From assembly GCA_965246885.1 (NCBI GenBank), contig OZ251992.1, positions 1,984,001 through 2,048,000 of the forward strand: 64,000 nucleotides of DNA, written 5' to 3'. The position numbers and the translations under genes were made by a program. The DNA is from Abditibacterium sp. Lineage in GTDB: Bacteria; Armatimonadota; Abditibacteriia; Abditibacteriales; Abditibacteriaceae. Shown piece after piece: positions 28,342 through 41,100 of this stretch. A model generated the notes under the pieces. The model searched no databases, was not told the origin of the DNA, and saw only the letters and a list, made by a program, of their open reading frames with translations. Each line of letters starts with the position of its first letter. Position 1 is the stretch's first letter.

Positions 28342-29984
28342 ACAACTCCCTTTCCCCGGCTTTGCAAGACCAACTGCGCGTGTTGCGCGAAGGTTACGCC
28401 GCCAAGCTCCCCGATAAATTAGCGGGTATCGAAGCCCATTGGCACATCGTGCGCGACACGCCCCCGGACGAGTGGCCCGACGACGCCCTGGCCGCGCTTC
28501 ACCGCTCCGTCCACTCGCTCGTCGGGAGCGGCGCCACTTTTGGCTTTCCCGACTTGTCTTTCCACGCCCGCCGCGCCGAAGCCGAAATCAAGCCTCTCGT
28601 GGAAATGGGAGCCGCACCCGACGCCGCGCAAACGCAGCTAATTAACGCGGCTCTGCTCAATCTGCGCGCGTGCGCGATTAACCCCGTGCGCGAAACCGAG
28701 GTGGACTTGGTGGCTCCCAATCCCGCGCGCGGGGGCCGTAACCTCGTGTTGCTGTGCGATGATGGCGTCGCGCCCTCGTGGGCAGGTGCCATCGAGACGT
28801 TTGGCTACAACCTGCGCATCTGTTTGTCGGCGCGAGAGTTTTTGGATGCCCTCGACCCGCTTCCGGTGGGCCTCATCGTTAACTGCGAGGCGGCGCCCTT
28901 GGAAGCGCGCATCGGCGGCGTGCCGCTATCGTCTTTAATTGCCACTTCGGGAGCGGGGGACAGCTTTCCGCTTGTTTGGACGGCGCGCGGGGGCGACTTG
29001 CGCACGCGTTTACAGGCCGTTCGCATGGGCGGTGCCGCGTTCTTCCCGCATCCGGTGGACGTGGACTCGCTTCTTGTCAAGCTCGATGACCTGACCGACC
29101 CTCAGTCTCCCGAACCGTTCCGCGTGCTTATTGTCGATGACGAACCCTCGCTGGCGCGCTTGTTCAGTCTCGTTTTGCGCCAAGCCGGGATGCAGACCCG
29201 CGAAGTCACTGACCCGCTTGCGATGATGACGCCACTTGTGGATTTTCGGCCCGATCTCATCCTAATGGATGTGTATATGCCCTCGTGCAAGGGGACGGAA
29301 CTGGCGGCGGTCATTCGCCAGCAAGAAGCGTTCATCGGCATCCCCATTATTTTCCTGAGCGTGGAATCGGACGCGGGCAAGCAGCAAGAAGCGATGCGGC
29401 ACGGCGGCGACGACTTTCTGCTCAAGCCCGTTGAGCCGCGCAACCTTGTCGCCGCCGTTTCGACGCGCGCCACCCGGTCGCGCGTTCTGCGCCAGTTGAT
29501 GGTGCGCGACTCTCTGACGGGTCTGCTCAATCACACGCATTGGAAGGAACAGTTAGAAATCGAGGTTTCGCGCGCTTTGCGGCAAAAGCAAGACATCGCG
29601 CTCGCCATGCTCGACCTCGACTGCTTTAAAACCGTCAACGATACCTACGGCCACGCGACCGGCGACCGCGTACTGCGCTCCCTGTCGCGCTTGCTTGTGC
29701 AGCGCCTGCGCGCCACTGATGTCGTCGGACGCTACGGCGGCGAAGAGTTCGCGGTCATCATGACCGGTGCCAACGCCGTCGAAGCCGCCAAGCGTTTGGA
29801 CGAAGTCCGCGACGCTTTTTCCCATCTCGCGCACTTTGCCGATGGTCAAGAGTTCCGCGTCACCTTTTCCGCCGGAGTCGCCGGCGCGCCCCCGAACGGC
29901 GAAAGCGCGGGCCTATCCGACGCCGCCGACAAAGCCCTCTACTCCGCCAAACGCGCGGGGCGCAACCAAATTGTTTGTGCTTAA
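28338..29984 (+). CDS. Hpt-(pseudo)REC-REC-GGDEF diguanylate cyclase
   Basis: HSLVGSGATFG (Hpt), LIVDDE/LMDVYMP (REC), DSLTGLLN, RATD I-site and GGEEF; ATGA overlap with the upstream regulator. Confidence 0.92.
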   Translation: MNNSLSPALQDQLRVLREGYAAKLPDKLAGIEAHWHIVRDTPPDEWPDDALAALHRSVHSLVGSGATFGFPDLSFHARRAEAEIKPLVEMGAAPDAAQTQLINAALLNLRACAINPVRETEVDLVAPNPARGGRNLVLLCDDGVAPSWAGAIETFGYNLRICLSAREFLDALDPLPVGLIVNCEAAPLEARIGGVPLSSLIATSGAGDSFPLVWTARGGDLRTRLQAVRMGGAAFFPHPVDVDSLLVKLDDLTDPQSPEPFRVLIVDDEPSLARLFSLVLRQAGMQTREVTDPLAMMTPLVDFRPDLILMDVYMPSCKGTELAAVIRQQEAFIGIPIIFLSVESDAGKQQEAMRHGGDDFLLKPVEPRNLVAAVSTRATRSRVLRQLMVRDSLTGLLNHTHWKEQLEIEVSRALRQKQDIALAMLDLDCFKTVNDTYGHATGDRVLRSLSRLLVQRLRATDVVGRYGGEEFAVIMTGANAVEAAKRLDEVRDAFSHLAHFADGQEFRVTFSAGVAGAPPNGESAGLSDAADKALYSAKRAGRNQIVCA

Positions 29985-30011
29985 GTTCGGCGCTGGGCAA
30001 ACTGTGCCGAC

Positions 30012-30665
30012 ATGAAAAAGCTCTACGCCGAAGCCTTCGGCACCTACGCGCTCGTCTTCGCGGGCACGGGCGCCATCGTCGTGAACGCGCAATCCGGCGG
30101 GCAGATAACGCACTTGGGCGTCGCGCTGACGTTCGGCTTGGTCGTAATGGCGATGATTTCCGCAATGGGGGACGTATCGGGCGCGCATTTTAACCCCGCC
30201 GTCACGCTTGGGTTTTGGCTCGCTCGTCGCTTTGACGCGCGTCTCGTGTGGCCCTATATCGCCGCGCAACTGCTGGGCGCCGTAGGCGCCAGTCTAACAC
30301 TGCGCGTCTTGTTTCCCCATTCTCTCACCCTTGGCGCCACGCTCCCAAGCGGGAGTGACACGCAGTCGTTCCTCCTCGAAACCCTGCTGACGTGCGGGCT
30401 GATGTTCGTGATTCTGGGCGTGTCAAGCGGCGCCAAAGAGAAGGGCATCACCGCCGCGCTCGCCATCGGCGCAACAGTCGCGCTGGAGGCCCTCTTCGCT
30501 GGCCCCATTTGCGGCGCTTCAATGAACCCGGCCCGCTCCCTCGCGCCCGCGCTCGTCTCGCTCCAATTCTCGGCGCTGTGGATTTATGTGTTGGCGCCCA
30601 TTCTCGGCGCTGCCTTTGCCGTTGGCGGTTGCCGCTTGGTGCGGGAGGAGGGGTGTTGCGGATAG
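30012..30665 (+). CDS. MIP-family aquaporin/aquaglyceroporin
   Basis: SGAHFNPAVT and GASMNPARS; C-terminal GCCG. Confidence 0.93.
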   Translation: MKKLYAEAFGTYALVFAGTGAIVVNAQSGGQITHLGVALTFGLVVMAMISAMGDVSGAHFNPAVTLGFWLARRFDARLVWPYIAAQLLGAVGASLTLRVLFPHSLTLGATLPSGSDTQSFLLETLLTCGLMFVILGVSSGAKEKGITAALAIGATVALEALFAGPICGASMNPARSLAPALVSLQFSALWIYVLAPILGAAFAVGGCRLVREEGCCG

Positions 30666-30929
30666 ATGAAACCCTCTTGGCGCTCGATTGCGGGTGTGTC
30701 GCTCGTTTCCGCCTTGGCGATAGCGCCGCTTCTGGTGCTCTCTTTGGCGCACCGCGCACCAATCATCCGGCGCCCCGCGCCGTCCGTCTCAACGTCAGTC
30801 TGGGCCGACATGCTTGCGGTGGGCGGCTTCTACTTCGCGGTCTCGTTCGGCGGCGTTTTTGTGGTAGTGGCCTTCTTCGTTTATTTGCGCGCGGCCTTGG
30901 ATAAGGTGGATTCGCCGTTTCCAAGTTAG
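30666..30929 (+). CDS. Hypothetical small membrane protein
   Basis: 87-aa ORF directly after the aquaporin stop, two hydrophobic segments, no recognised motif. Confidence 0.45.
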   Translation: MKPSWRSIAGVSLVSALAIAPLLVLSLAHRAPIIRRPAPSVSTSVWADMLAVGGFYFAVSFGGVFVVVAFFVYLRAALDKVDSPFPS

Positions 30930-30947
30930 AGGGCAACAGAAAGTGTA

Positions 30948-30979
30948 AAGGGCGCCGCAACGGTCGTTGCGGCGCCCTT
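30948..30979. terminator. Hairpin/terminator between convergent genes (sdhB end)
   Basis: aagggcgccgcaacg-gt-cgttgcggcgccctt inverted repeat. Confidence 0.7.
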
Positions 30980-31000
30980 GGCGCAGGTGGTGGCAGTCGT

Positions 31001-31783
31001 TTACTTCTTGCCCATGAGGATGGCGCGCTCGTATTCGCGGTTCATTAGGGAGATGTTGACCATTCCGATTTCCTTGGGGCAGACGGCCTCGCACTCGCCC
31101 TCGTTGGAGCAGGAGCCGAAGCCCTCCTCGTCCATCTGGGCGACCATGCGCAGGGCACGCTCGGCGCGTTCGGGGTCGCCTTGGGGCAAGAGGCGTAGGT
31201 GTCCGATTTTGGCGCTGGTGAACAGGGCCGCGCTCGCGTTCTTGCACTGCGCGACGCACGCGCCACAACCGATGCAGGCGGCGGAGTCCATCGCGTCGTT
31301 CGCGGCTTCTTTGGGGATGGGGATGGCGTTGCCGTCGGGCGCTTGGCCAGTGTTGACGGACACGTAGCCGCCCGCCGCGATGATGCGGTCGAAGGCCGAG
31401 CGGTCAACGACCAAGTCCTTGATGACGGGAAAAGCCCGCGCGCGCCAAGGCTCGATGACGAGGGTGTCGCCGTCCTTGAAGGAGCGCATGTGGAGTTGGC
31501 AGGCAGTCGTGCCTTCGTCCGGCCCGTGCGCGACGCCGTTGATCATCACGCCGCACGAGCCGCAAATCCCCTCGCGGCAGTCGTGCTCAAAGGCGATGGG
31601 TTCTCCCCCGGCATGGATGATGTCCTCGTTGACGACATCGAGCATTTCCAAGAACGACATATCGGGCGACACGTCGCGGGCCTCGTAGGTCGTCATGGCG
31701 CCCTTAGCCTTGCCGTTCTTTTGGCGCCACACGAGGAGCTTGAGGGTCATCAGCTTTTTCGAGGCGGTGTTGGTGTTGGTCAT
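31001..31783 (-). CDS. sdhB: Succinate dehydrogenase/fumarate reductase Fe-S subunit
   Basis: [16 protein letters not shown]...[13 protein letters not shown]. Confidence 0.95.
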   Translation of the reverse strand: MTNTNTASKKLMTLKLLVWRQKNGKAKGAMTTYEARDVSPDMSFLEMLDVVNEDIIHAGGEPIAFEHDCREGICGSCGVMINGVAHGPDEGTTACQLHMRSFKDGDTLVIEPWRARAFPVIKDLVVDRSAFDRIIAAGGYVSVNTGQAPDGNAIPIPKEAANDAMDSAACIGCGACVAQCKNASAALFTSAKIGHLRLLPQGDPERAERALRMVAQMDEEGFGSCSNEGECEAVCPKEIGMVNISLMNREYERAILMGKK

Positions 31784-31798
31784 GGTGGTGTTCTCCAG

Positions 31799-33793
<1,995 letters not shown>

Positions 33794-33802
33794 GGTCGTT
33801 GG

Positions 33803-34621
33803 TTATCTCCCGATGGGGGCGCGCGCGACTTGATTGGCGGCGGGCGCGGCGGCTTGCAGCGTGCGGGCGGGGTCTATAAGGTGGCTGAGAATGAGCGCGG
33901 GGATAAGCAGGAAGCCGCCCGCGATAATGAGGGTAAACGCGTTGCCGCCCCACATGATGAGCTTCTGGTAGCGGGGGTGGTTGGCGCCAACGGTGGTGAG
34001 GGCGCTCGAAATCGCGTGATACATGTGGAAGCCGAGCACAATCATCGAGATGATATAAATGGCGGCGACGAGGGGCGACTTGAACTCGTTGGTAACGAGC
34101 AGGGCGAGGTTGGCGACATCTTGCCCAGTTGCCCCATTCGCGGCGCCCACTCCGGCGCCGCCGACTCCCACGACGGTGGACGGCTCGTGGCTCGCCATCG
34201 CAGGGGAAGCGATGGGGTGGTGGTATTTGAAGTGCCAGATATGGAAGGGCACGAAGAACAGAATAAAGATGCCCGACCACATCATCAAGGTCGAGGCCCA
34301 TGTCTTTTTGGAGCGCTTGGACTTGGTGCGGCCCCACGTTTTGGAATGGTAGGCGACGGGACGGGCGGAGTAATTTTTGTTGAGCAGGATGATGGCATCC
34401 CCTGCGTGAATGAGAAAAATGGCGAGCAAACCCAGTTCAATGAGGATGACAACGGGTTGGGCGGTGAGGAAGCGGGCGTAGCCGTTGAACTGGGCGCCGC
34501 TCCACAAGAGTTGAAGGTTGCCCGCGAGGTGCCCGATGAGGAAGCCGACCATTGCCAAGCCGGTGATGGCCAACAGAATCTTCTTGCCGACGACAGTATT
34601 GAAGCGCAATTTGGAGAACAT
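33803..34621 (-). CDS. sdhC: Succinate dehydrogenase cytochrome b subunit
   Basis: VGKKILLAITGL, HLAGNL, conserved His residues in 5 TM; upstream of sdhAB. Confidence 0.9.
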   Translation of the reverse strand: MFSKLRFNTVVGKKILLAITGLAMVGFLIGHLAGNLQLLWSGAQFNGYARFLTAQPVVILIELGLLAIFLIHAGDAIILLNKNYSARPVAYHSKTWGRTKSKRSKKTWASTLMMWSGIFILFFVPFHIWHFKYHHPIASPAMASHEPSTVVGVGGAGVGAANGATGQDVANLALLVTNEFKSPLVAAIYIISMIVLGFHMYHAISSALTTVGANHPRYQKLIMWGGNAFTLIIAGGFLLIPALILSHLIDPARTLQAAAPAANQVARAPIGR

Positions 34622-34833
34622 AGGTGAAGCGAAAACGCCCGCCCCTTCGGACGAAAAGGGCGCGCGCGAAAACCGGGAAAGGGGTAGGAAGAAAGAGTAG
34701 CAAACGGAGCCTTTATCCAGACGGTTTCGGGCGCGCGCGCGCGGAGTTTTTGCTAATCGCTGTGCGGGGACAAGGGCGCGCGGCGCGCGGCCATTTCGTT
34801 GCTTGCATAAGGCGCGTTTGCTCTTTTGCCGCT

Positions 34834-36345
34834 ATGGTTGCTCGTCCGTTTTCTTGTTTCCGGCTGCTTGCGCCCCCTCGTGCGCGGCGGCGCGGCGTTT
34901 CGATGTGGCTGTTCGTCCTGTCGCTTCCGATCATCTTCGGCGTGTGCGGCCTCGTCATTGACATGGGCCAACTGCACGCCAAGCGCGCCCAAGTCCAGCG
35001 CGCTGGTGATGCGGCGGCTCTGGCGGGCGCGCAGCAATCGGGCATTGACAACACCCACGCCCAGCAGGACGGCCTTAAATACGCCGACATCAACGGCTTT
35101 AGCGCCAAGCGTGGCGACGAAGTGACCGTCACCGCCAACTACGAGTCCGCCGCCGCCGAAAACGCCGCCAACATCAACACGGTGCGCGTTCAAATCAAGC
35201 ACACCGAACCCGTCTACTTCGCGCCCGTCGCCGAAACTCTGCTCACCTTTTTGGGATGGGACAGTGGAGCGGCGCAGTTTTCGCGTGTCATTGGCACCAA
35301 GTCCGTCGCGCGCAAGTTCGTGTACTTGCCCATGAAAACCGGTGGCAACTACGGTATCGCTTCCGGCTCGCAGGCCATTGTCAACAACATCATCAACGGC
35401 CCTTATTCCGCCTACGACGACGCCGACCCCTATTCGGGCAAATATCTTCTCGACGGTAGCCCCAACCCGCGTTACTCCCAGTTCGGCGGCTACCAGAACT
35501 TCACTTTCCACGTGACCGAGGCCGCGAAAAAGGCCTCGTCCGACGGCAAGATTTATCTGCAAATCTACAGCCCCGGCCCCGGTGACAGTGGCTACGACTC
35601 AGGGATACGTCAAACGCCCGTCTTTCCCACTGGCACCACCCCGCCGCCTTGGGCGCTGACGACAACCAAATACGAAATCCTCAAAGATGGCAAAGTCATC
35701 GCTTCAGCGACGTATGACGCCAATAGTCCGTCCACCCTCAGTTGGATTACGCCCGATGGCTTTGCCCTCGACATCGGCACCTACGGAATAGGAGATTACC
35801 AAGTGCGCGTTTCCACGTCCGATGGCAACACAGGCAACGCTTACGCTCTGCGCGCGGGGCCAGCGCAAGGCGTCGGCATGGACGATGCGACATGGAACGA
35901 CCAATTCGGTGACAAGCTGGGAGCGGCTCCCGATAACGTGCTCGTGCCCATGAACGCGGATGGCCGCATGACCATCGGGTTCCAAACCAACGGCACTGCC
36001 ACGCTGACCTTGGGGCATCTCGGCCCGCAATGGGCTGGCAAGACGGTGCAAGTTGCGCACTACGATTTGGACATCGGCGCCACCAACCTTGTCTACACGG
36101 TAGACACTTTGCCCGACACCACCTTTCCCGGCACCTTGCCGCAGAACTCCATTCAAGGCAATGCCCCGCAACGGCCCGGCAACGGCATCTGGGCGACCGA
36201 TACCATCACCCTTCCCGCCGACTTTCAAGGCGGCAACCTATCCGCCAAATACACGGCGGGCGTGAGCGACCTCGGCAAAGATGGATCGGCGTGGGAACTG
36301 TTTGGCGCGGGCGACGGCGACGGCTTCGTGCGTTTGATTGAGTAA
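34834..36345 (+). CDS. TadG-like Flp pilus assembly protein (Tad N-terminal domain) with a large extracellular region
   Basis: RRRGVS-hydrophobic-GLVIDMG...QVQRAGDAAALAGA. Confidence 0.8.
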   Translation: MVARPFSCFRLLAPPRARRRGVSMWLFVLSLPIIFGVCGLVIDMGQLHAKRAQVQRAGDAAALAGAQQSGIDNTHAQQDGLKYADINGFSAKRGDEVTVTANYESAAAENAANINTVRVQIKHTEPVYFAPVAETLLTFLGWDSGAAQFSRVIGTKSVARKFVYLPMKTGGNYGIASGSQAIVNNIINGPYSAYDDADPYSGKYLLDGSPNPRYSQFGGYQNFTFHVTEAAKKASSDGKIYLQIYSPGPGDSGYDSGIRQTPVFPTGTTPPPWALTTTKYEILKDGKVIASATYDANSPSTLSWITPDGFALDIGTYGIGDYQVRVSTSDGNTGNAYALRAGPAQGVGMDDATWNDQFGDKLGAAPDNVLVPMNADGRMTIGFQTNGTATLTLGHLGPQWAGKTVQVAHYDLDIGATNLVYTVDTLPDTTFPGTLPQNSIQGNAPQRPGNGIWATDTITLPADFQGGNLSAKYTAGVSDLGKDGSAWELFGAGDGDGFVRLIE

Positions 36346-36355
36346 GGCGCGCCGT

Positions 36356-36916
36356 TTAGCGAGCGCCGCCAAACAGTTCGTTCCATCCCGGCGCCGCCTC
36401 GTCTTTACGAGACAGAATCGGCGCGATGCCCAACGCTTCGAGGGGCCACTTCACCCCGACGTGCGGGTCGTCGTAGCGCAGTTCGCCTTGGTCGGAGGGG
36501 TAATAAAAGTCGTCGCACTTATACAGAAAGTCGGCCTCGTCGCTGAGAACGAGGAAGCCGTGCGCCATGCCGCGCGGCACGAGGAGCATCAGTCCGTTTT
36601 CGTCGCTCAGTTCGAGGCCGACGTGCTTTCCAAAGGTGGGGGAGCCGGGCCGAATGTCTACCGCGACATCCCACACGCGCCCGCGCGCCACGCGGCACAG
36701 CTTGGCTTGGGGATGATCACGCTGAAAATGCAAACCGCGCAGCGTCCCCTTTTGCGAGCGGGAGTGGTTGTCCTGCACCCAGTCGTTTTCGAGGCCCAAC
36801 TCGCGGAAGTCGCGCCGCGAAAACGATTCCACGAAGAACCCGCGCGCGTCGGCGAACACGCGCGGCTCCAAAATCACGACGCCTTCGATGTCCGTCAGGT
36901 GCAGTTGCAAATTCAT
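36356..36916 (-). CDS. rmlC: dTDP-4-dehydrorhamnose 3,5-epimerase
   Basis: DARGFFVE, QDNHSRS.KGTLRGLHFQ, DVAVDIRPGSPTFG, AHGF, YKCD; start ATG 36916. Confidence 0.95.
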   Translation of the reverse strand: MNLQLHLTDIEGVVILEPRVFADARGFFVESFSRRDFRELGLENDWVQDNHSRSQKGTLRGLHFQRDHPQAKLCRVARGRVWDVAVDIRPGSPTFGKHVGLELSDENGLMLLVPRGMAHGFLVLSDEADFLYKCDDFYYPSDQGELRYDDPHVGVKWPLEALGIAPILSRKDEAAPGWNELFGGAR

Positions 36917-36945
36917 CGGGCGCAGTTTGGCGAATTTCCAAGAGC

Positions 36946-37113
36946 GAGCGACTCCTGTCAACGACTCACCCATGCCCCGGACGTGTCAACACGGGCCAGT
37001 GAACGGATGGCGGGCCTGTGTCATTCGTTCGCCCATGTTTGTGGCCGCTTCGCCCATGTCTGTGGCTCGTTGACCGGCCTGTGTTATTTGTCCGCCCATG
37101 CCGGTCATTCATC
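36946..37113. repeat. 21-bp tandem repeat array (family T, locus 3, ~8 degenerate units)
   Basis: ggcgggcctgtgtcattcgtt / cgcccatgtttgtggccgctt / cgcccatgtctgtggctcgtt / gaccggcctgtgttatttgtc / cgcccatgccggtcattcatc. Confidence 0.72.
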
Positions 37114-37120
37114 CGCCGAC

Positions 37121-38104
37121 CTATAGCGGCGCTTCCCAGACGGGCTTTTCGCGGGAAAAGTCGAAGTAAATTCGGCGCGGCATGGCGGCGAAGACGCGGC
37201 CCACGAACCCCGCTTCTTTGGCGTTGTGGGCGATGCCTTCACGGATTTCTTGGTCGGAGTAACGGGTGGAGATGTGGTAGAGAATGACGTCCGTCACCCC
37301 CGCTTCGCGCGCGACGCGCAGGGCATCGAAGACGGTCGAGTGCATGTGTCCGACATCCTCGCCCGCCGCGTCCGCGTCGTAATCGTCGGGGGCTAAAAAC
37401 GTCGCTTCGTGCAATAAAATCTGTGTTCCCGCGACTTCTTCGGGATGGAGCGGTTTGCCGTCGCCGCCGACGGTAATCCATTTCTCGTCTACGGGCGAGG
37501 TGATGGCCGCGCGGCCCGCTTCGGCTTGCAGTTGCTCGACTTCGCGCTCCGACTTGCCCGCGACTTCCGAGGGGGACATGGCGCGCGCGCCCAACTCGCG
37601 GCGCACGTTGTCCAGTTCGCGTTGCGACAGCGCGGCGTATTCGGGGCGCACCTTTTGCTTGCGCCAGATAAGGTGGTAGCCCAAGGAGCGCGGCGCGGCG
37701 CGCGGGTCGTCGTCGAGGTAGTGCCGGGTGCGAAAAGCGCGCACCAGCCGTCCGGCCACGCCTGTATCGATCGAGTCGCCCTCTTCGAGCGCGCGCCAGA
37801 CGGCAGCGCGCGAGGAGCCGGGGTTGAAACGGAGGGAAAACTGCTCGACTTCGCGCCACGAGCGCCCATTGGCGGGGTGGGCGAGGGTGAACGGCCCCGC
37901 TTCGCCGCGCTGATTGATGACTTGCAGGAGGCCGCCGATGTGGTCGCGGTGCGAGTGGGTCAAAAGCACCGTGTCTATTTTGCGGATTTTGTAGCCCAGT
38001 TGCTGCGAGGCGCCATCGCCCGCGTCTATGAGCAGCTTCCAGTCGTTGAACCAGAGCCAAGTCGAGAAGCGGGGCGAAGAATGAAGGGCGAGTTGGAGTT
38101 GCAT
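37121..38104 (-). CDS. rnz: Ribonuclease Z-like metallo-beta-lactamase
   Basis: FSTW, IDAGDG, THSHRDHIGG, HEATF, HST, YHISTRY. Confidence 0.8.
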   Translation of the reverse strand: MQLQLALHSSPRFSTWLWFNDWKLLIDAGDGASQQLGYKIRKIDTVLLTHSHRDHIGGLLQVINQRGEAGPFTLAHPANGRSWREVEQFSLRFNPGSSRAAVWRALEEGDSIDTGVAGRLVRAFRTRHYLDDDPRAAPRSLGYHLIWRKQKVRPEYAALSQRELDNVRRELGARAMSPSEVAGKSEREVEQLQAEAGRAAITSPVDEKWITVGGDGKPLHPEEVAGTQILLHEATFLAPDDYDADAAGEDVGHMHSTVFDALRVAREAGVTDVILYHISTRYSDQEIREGIAHNAKEAGFVGRVFAAMPRRIYFDFSREKPVWEAPL

Positions 38105-38128
38105 GGAAACGGGCGGGCAGTGTGGGGG

Positions 38129-41100
38129 TTATGGCTTGTGGAGCAATCCGGCAACCGTTTCGACCAATTCCAACGCGCCGACGGGCTTGGATAAGTGCCG
38201 CTCAAAGCCCGCTTCGAGGGCGCGGGTTTGGTCTTCGCCCGATGCATACGCGGTGAGGGCGACGGCGGGCAGGGTGAAGCCGCGCGCGAGCAGTTCGCGG
38301 CGCAGTTCCAAGCCGTCCATATCCGGCATCCCGATGTCGGAAACCAGCGCATCGGGCGCGAACTGCGCGACGATCTCAAGGGCGGCCTTCCCCGTTCCGG
38401 CCAAGCGGATGTTCGCTCCGGCTTCTTCCAACAGACGCGCGAGCATTTCGCGCGTGTCCGGTTCGTCGTCCACCACGAGCAATCGCACGCCCTTCAAGCG
38501 GCCTTCCAACGGGCGCAGTTGTTCCATGAGCGGCGGTGCATCGGGCGCTTCTCCCTCGGCCAACAGGGGGATTTCGACCCAGACGGTCGCGCCTTGGCCG
38601 CGTCCGGCGCTGTCGGCGCCCGCGTGCCCACCGTGCAGTTGAACAATGTGTTTGACAATGGATAGCCCCAATCCCAAGCCGCCGGTTTTGCGGGTCGAAC
38701 TGGAGTCGCCTTGACGGAACCGCTCGAACAAATGGGACAAAAGTTCGGCGTCTATGCCCGTTCCGGTATCGCGCACTTCGAGGCGCGCTTGGCCGTTCTC
38801 CTGCGCGAGCACGACGCGGATGTGCCCGCCCGCCGGAGTGAACTTAATGGCGTTTTGAAGCAGGTTCCACACGACCTGTCCCAAGCGGGCGGCGTCGCCA
38901 CGCACCCACGTTTCGGGTTGCGCTTCGACTTCGACGGCTAACCGCTTATCACTCCACACGGTGCGCAACGACTCGACTTGGCGGCGCACGAGTTCGTCGA
39001 AGGAGATGTTGGCCAGTTCGAGACGCAGTTTGCCCGTTGTGATGCGCGAGACGTCGAGGATGTCGTTGACGAGTTGGGCCTGCGCGAGGGCGTTGCGCTC
39101 GATGACGTCGTAGGCTTGGGTGCGCAGTTTTTCGTCGGCTTCGGCGGAGCGGAGCAGTTCGAGCCAGCCCAGAATGGGGGTTAGGGGCGTGCGCAGTTCG
39201 TGCGACACGACGGCGAGGAACTCGTCCTTGGCGCGGTTGGCGGCTTGCGCATCGTCGCGGGCGCGGCGCGCGAGGTCGCGGGCGTCTTCGGCTTCTTCCA
39301 AGGACTGTTGGGCTTGGTCGCGGGCGATTTGGGCTTCTTGCAAGAGGCGCGCGTTGTCGGCGGTGAGGGCAAGGCGGCGCCCAAGCTCTTCGGCGAGTTC
39401 GAGGGTGTCGCCGTCAAAGGGCAGTTTGGGGTTGCAGGCGAGCCAAAGCATGACGCCCACCACGCGTTCGCGCGCGGCAAGCGGGGCGACGATGGCACTT
39501 TGGACGTCCATTTCGGCGATCAGCGCGCGGTAAGCGGCGCTCACGGGCAGGGCGTCGGGGGCACCGAGGTAGCCGGATGGATAAAGCGTTGCCCGGCCCG
39601 CCGCGAGGGTGGCGGACACGTTCCAAGGCAGCTGGGGGTCGCTTTGGAGCAGTTCGCGCAAACGCGCGGCGAGGTCGGCTTGCGCGGTCTCTTGGGGATG
39701 GGCGATGGCGACATGCTGCAACAACCCGTCCGCGTCAGGAACGGCGATGATGCACCAATCGGCGAAGCGCGGCACACATTTTTGCGCGACGGCGTTGAAA
39801 ATCTCGTCCTCGTCGAGCGCGGCAACCAACACGGAGCCGACTTCGGCGAGCAAACGCTGCGCTTCGGCGGCCCGCGCGCGGCCCGTCACGTTGTCAAAGA
39901 CCGCGACGGCGGCGGTGATATGGCCATCGCTGTCCCGGATGGGCGCGGCGTTGATGCGAATGACGCCCAAATCGCCGCCGCCGCGTTCTATGACGAACTC
40001 TTCGCCGCGCACGACTTCGCCGCTTTGCACCGCGCGCGCGAGCGGCCACTCATGACCTTCCAAGGGGCGACCGTCGAGGTGGAAACCGCGATACGCGGGG
40101 GAGTACTCTTCGGTGCTTTGCACGCTGCGGTACGGGTGGCCCCAAACCTGCGCGACTTGATCGTTGCCAAGAATCAGGCGGCCCGACGGCGCTTCGGCGA
40201 TGACCACTCCCGACGGCATTTGTTGCAAGATGGCCTCGAAGCGGGCGCGCTCGGTTTCCAACTGGGCGAACAGCCGCTCGCGCTCGACTTGGCCGCGCAC
40301 GCGGTCGGTCTGCTCGATGAGTATGGCGCCCACCCCCATCATGTCGCCGCTATCCGTGCCGCCCACGCGGACTGGATACAGGCCCATCGTGCAGTGCCGA
40401 AAGGTAGCGGGATTGTCGGGCGTGCCTTCGGTGAAGTCCTGCAAGTGCGAGGGGACGCCGCTTTGCCAGACCTCTTCCAGCATCACTTCGACGGTTGGCC
40501 CCAGTGTGGGAAACAGGTCGGACGTGCTTCTGCCAAGGTGCGCTGTGACGGTCAAGGAGTTGATGCGCGCCATTTCCGCGTTGACGAGCACGTAGCGGTG
40601 CGCGCGGTCGAACAGCCCAAAACCAACGGGCGCCGAGTCGAGCAGGGTGTTGAGCAGGGCGAGCGATTCGCGTTGGCGCTGGGCTAATTCGCGGCTTGCT
40701 TCGTCCAAGCGCGTGCGCTCCAGCGCTTGGGCGCAACTCGCGGCGAGGGTTTCCAAAAAGGTGCGCTTGACGGGGTCGAAGTCGCGCGCTGCATCGAACG
40801 ATAAGCCCATGACGCCCAACACTCGTCCATCCAAGCGCAGCGGTAGTGCTACGAGCGCCTTCGATCCCGATGCCGCCGCGCCGCGCAAAACCGGGAAACG
40901 CGCGATGGCTTCCTCCTCGCTGACGTCGCCCACCCAGACCGGCTCCTCGGTGCGAAACGCCTGCGCAATGGGGGTTTTGTCTTCGACGTTCATGCGCTCC
41001 CACCCCTGCGACGATTCGGGGGGATAGCCGCGCGTTTGCGACAAATGCAGATAGGTCGCTCCGTCCTCGTCGCGCGGCACCACGAAGATACCCGCAAAAG

